Below, one piece after another: positions 26,340 to 28,837 of a DNA stretch of 28,837 nucleotides. This stretch comes from a virus. Taxonomy: Duplodnaviria > Caudoviricetes. Each line of letters opens with the position of its first letter. Position 1 is the stretch's first letter. The notes below the pieces were generated by a model that worked only from the letters and a program-made list of their open reading frames with translations, was not told the origin of the DNA and made no database searches. The stretch lies in the IMG/VR virus record IMGVR_UViG_3300044513_001753, positions 1 to 28,837 of that record. One strand, 5' to 3'. A program made the position numbers and the translations under genes.

Positions 26340-27341
26340 ATGTTTGAATATTTTTATAACGAAATTTTGAGGAGAACTATTGTATCATTTGGTACTCTTT
26401 TTAATTCAATAACTATCAAACAAACTAATTCTTCTGATAATGTGATCAACACTATCAGGGTTCCTTTGTCTTATGGTCCAACTCAAAAGTTTCTTGCAAG
26501 AATTGAACAGCAAGCAGACCTGAATAAATCAACTTCAATAACATTACCCAGATTATCATTTGAGTTTACTGGACTGACATATGATCCTACAAGAAAGGTA
26601 ACAACCACACAACAATATACAGTAAAAGACCCAGATGATGGATCTGAGTCTAAAAAAATATACATGCCAGTTCCATATAATATGCAATTTGAACTGAGTA
26701 TTATGACAAAATTAAATGATGATGCTCTTCAAATTGTAGAACAAATTTTACCATACTTCCAACCAGCATATAATTTAACTGTCGAGTTAGTAGAGTCAAT
26801 ACAAGAAAAACGTGATATTCCAATAATCCTTGAGAATATCACCATGCAAGATGATTATGATGGAGATTTCACAACAAGAAGAGTTCTTCTTTATACCTTA
26901 AGATTTACTGCTAAAACATATCTGTTCGGTCCTGCTACCTCTGCAACCAAGGATATTATCAAGAGATCTACCATCAGTTATCTTACTGGAACAGATGTAT
27001 CAAATACAACAAGAGAACTTAGTTACTCTTCAGTTCCAAGAGCAACTAAGAACTATACAGGAGATGCTGCTACCACTGTATCTGAGGATATTGCTAAGAC
27101 TAGTAAAATAATTGAAGTTGAGAGTATAAGTGGTCTGACTGCCAAATCTTATATTGCTATTGATGATGAAGAACTATTCATTAAATCCATCACTGGCAAT
27201 AAACTCACCGTCTTGCGAGCACAAGATAAGACAACTGCAACTGAACATCTTAGAGGAGCAGAGGTACATGTTATCAGTGCTGCCGATAATGCCTTGATTG
27301 CAGAAGGTGATGACTTTGGATTTAGTGGAACAATAACATGA
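26340..27341 (+). CDS. gp15: Tail sheath stabilizer / tail terminator gp15 (333 aa)
   Basis: YFYNEI.RRTI..FGTLFN.I, VPL.YGP.QKFLAR, ITLPR.SFE, PVPYN..FEL.I..K..DDALQIVEQILPYFQP, FTAKTYL.GP, DDFGF. Confidence 0.96.
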   Translation: MFEYFYNEILRRTIVSFGTLFNSITIKQTNSSDNVINTIRVPLSYGPTQKFLARIEQQADLNKSTSITLPRLSFEFTGLTYDPTRKVTTTQQYTVKDPDDGSESKKIYMPVPYNMQFELSIMTKLNDDALQIVEQILPYFQPAYNLTVELVESIQEKRDIPIILENITMQDDYDGDFTTRRVLLYTLRFTAKTYLFGPATSATKDIIKRSTISYLTGTDVSNTTRELSYSSVPRATKNYTGDAATTVSEDIAKTSKIIEVESISGLTAKSYIAIDDEELFIKSITGNKLTVLRAQDKTTATEHLRGAEVHVISAADNALIAEGDDFGFSGTIT

Positions 27342-27760
27342 CAAACAAATTTGATAGTTTAAATAATGAATTCAATGTTAAAGGAGACATTGTGCAATCT
27401 GAAGTTGTTAGTGCTAAGATTGAAAAAGTAAAAGAAACCTCAGATGATATTAAAAAAGATTATGATTATACGCGAGGTAATCTTTATAGTATAATCGAGA
27501 AGGGGCAAGAAGCAATAAATGGTATTTTGGAACTTGCACAAGAAAGTGAAATGCCTAGAGCATATGAAGTTGCAGGTCAATTAATTAAAAACGTTGCTGA
27601 TGCCACAGATAAATTAATGGATCTTCAGAAAAAACTGAAGGATGTTGAAGAAGAAAAACAATCTCGCGGGCCCTCTACTGTTAATAATGCACTCTTCGTT
27701 GGATCTACTGCAGAACTTGCGAAGATGCTAAAACAGGGGGTAAAAGAAGAGAATAAATAA
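27338..27760 (+). CDS. gp16: Terminase small subunit gp16 (140 aa)
   Basis: DY.YTR.NLY..IEKGQEA..GILE.A.ES..PRAYEVA.QLIK.VAD..DKL.DLQKK, NNALFVGST.EL..ML; ATGA overlap with the gp15 stop. Confidence 0.96.
   Translation: MTNKFDSLNNEFNVKGDIVQSEVVSAKIEKVKETSDDIKKDYDYTRGNLYSIIEKGQEAINGILELAQESEMPRAYEVAGQLIKNVADATDKLMDLQKKLKDVEEEKQSRGPSTVNNALFVGSTAELAKMLKQGVKEENK
27752..27759 (+). promoter_or_regulatory. Late promoter AATAAATA for the downstream coiled-coil ORF
   Basis: NATAAATA overlapping the gp16 stop, 23 nt before GTG 27783; GGAG at 27768-27771. Confidence 0.8.
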
Positions 27761-27782
27761 TAGAGACGGAGTTATATTAAAC

Positions 27783-28837
27783 GTGGCATTAAAGAAGCCT
27801 TCAGATTTTTTTGGTAAGAATAAAAACGATTTTGATAAAATCAAAGATACTGTTTCTGCGGAAAAAATTGAAACGGTATCCGAAGCTTTTAGTGCTTTCA
27901 AAACAAACCTAAATCATATTCAATCAATATCAGATTTCTCAGATACGGTTGAGAACTTTAAGGAAAATATTGATAGAGTTGAGAGTATTTCCAAAGAAAT
28001 CTCAGAAGTAAAAGAGGATATTAGGGGACTGATTAGTAAAGAGGATTTAAATGAGGCAATGGTTGCCCATCTTCTCTTTGTTGAAGAATCCATCAAAAAA
28101 ATTGAAGGAAGAATAAAGAGTGTTAATGGCGATACCATTGATAAAATAAAAGAGGATTTTACAAACCTTTCCCGGACTGTAGAAAATTTTGTAGATGTTG
28201 ATATTCCAAGTTATAAGAAATTAGTATCAGAATCTGAAATTAGATTTGATACTAGATTTTCAAATTTTAAGGGTCTGGTAGAAGAAGACCTTGATGGTAT
28301 TAGAGAAGATGTTAATAGAGAAGTAAACAGTGCCTTAGCAGATGTTGAGACAGTTAATGAAAATATACTATCAGAATTAAAGAAAGATTTAAAGCGGACA
28401 ACAAAAGATGTCAATGAGACTGTAAGCAATCTTGTTAATGAAGAGTTTCCAAAATACAAAAAACTTTTTGCAGAAACAGAATTAAAAACTGAACAAAGAG
28501 TTTCGGCTTATGATGATGCAATTGATAAATTAAACTTAATGGTGAAAGAATTCACCGAAAATGAAATTCCAAAGTATAGCAATCTATTAGTAGAAACTAA
28601 ACTTAAATCCGAAAAAGAAGTAAAGCAATTAGAAAAAAATGTATTAGAAGAAGTTGAGTTTATCAAAGAAAAAATTGAACTTTTGTCCAATGACGTTACA
28701 GAAAAAACCTCTGATATTGATTCATTAGTTGAATCGAAGGTTCAGGAATTGCAATCTACTATTGATGATTCTAAACAAAAAATAGGAGAGATATCTAATG
28801 TATATACTTCTCTCTACAAAGATTTTAAAAATAGAGA
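27783..28837 (+). CDS. Long acidic coiled-coil protein of unknown function (3'-truncated, at least 351 aa; absent from the ORF track)
   Basis: Manual translation from GTG: MALKKPSDFFGKNKNDFDKIKDTVSAEKIETVSEAFSAFKTNLNHIQ...YTSLYKDFKNR, with no stop to the window end. E/K-rich heptad pattern; preceded by a late promoter and an SD. Confidence 0.88.
   Translation, partial: MALKKPSDFFGKNKNDFDKIKDTVSAEKIETVSEAFSAFKTNLNHIQSISDFSDTVENFKENIDRVESISKEISEVKEDIRGLISKEDLNEAMVAHLLFVEESIKKIEGRIKSVNGDTIDKIKEDFTNLSRTVENFVDVDIPSYKKLVSESEIRFDTRFSNFKGLVEEDLDGIREDVNREVNSALADVETVNENILSELKKDLKRTTKDVNETVSNLVNEEFPKYKKLFAETELKTEQRVSAYDDAIDKLNLMVKEFTENEIPKYSNLLVETKLKSEKEVKQLEKNVLEEVEFIKEKIELLSNDVTEKTSDIDSLVESKVQELQSTIDDSKQKIGEISNVYTSLYKDFKNR

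Noticed and set aside
2013-28690. Numerous 60-130 aa minus-strand and off-frame ORFs
   Set aside because: All lie within long genes with recognisable motifs; they are the expected antisense or frame shadows of biased codon usage and show no family motifs.
1-28837. CRISPR array, tRNA or other structured RNA
   Set aside because: Intergenic gaps are under 45 nt, and I saw no regularly spaced repeats or cloverleaf signatures.
1-28837. Frequent GATC (GGATCT/AGATCT) as a methylation or HIP1-like signal
   Set aside because: Largely explained by Gly-Ser, Arg-Ser and Asp-Pro/Leu codon pairs; no full GCGATCGC was noticed, and enrichment cannot be claimed without a count.

Overview
AT-rich segment of the virion morphogenesis (late) region of a large T4-like myovirus, most likely a marine cyanophage (Kyanoviridae; gene order and protein sizes resemble large P-SSM2/S-SM2/S-SSM7-type phages, recalled from family knowledge and not from a search). 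All credible genes are on the + strand: 3' end of gp6, giant gp7 (4372 aa), gp8, a VrlC/DUF4815-type structural protein (2525 aa), a 73-aa ORF, a 60-aa NblA-like ORF, a 132-aa beta-sandwich virion protein, gp13, extended gp14, gp15, gp16 (small terminase), and a coiled-coil ORF with a GTG start that the ORF track missed and that runs off the window. T4-type late promoters (NATAAATA/CTAAATA) precede gp8, VrlC, gp13, gp15 and the last ORF. Most interesting: (1) a likely NblA-like phycobilisome-degradation adaptor embedded in the structural operon; (2) a G-[ILVF]-x-[TS] motif scattered densely through the large virion proteins, a candidate modification (e.g. glycosylation) signal; (3) nested 'Russian-doll' domain insertions and a shared module kit across gp7, VrlC, gp14 and gp15. 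I saw no RNA genes, CRISPR arrays, inteins or mobile elements. All family assignments come from motif recognition by eye.
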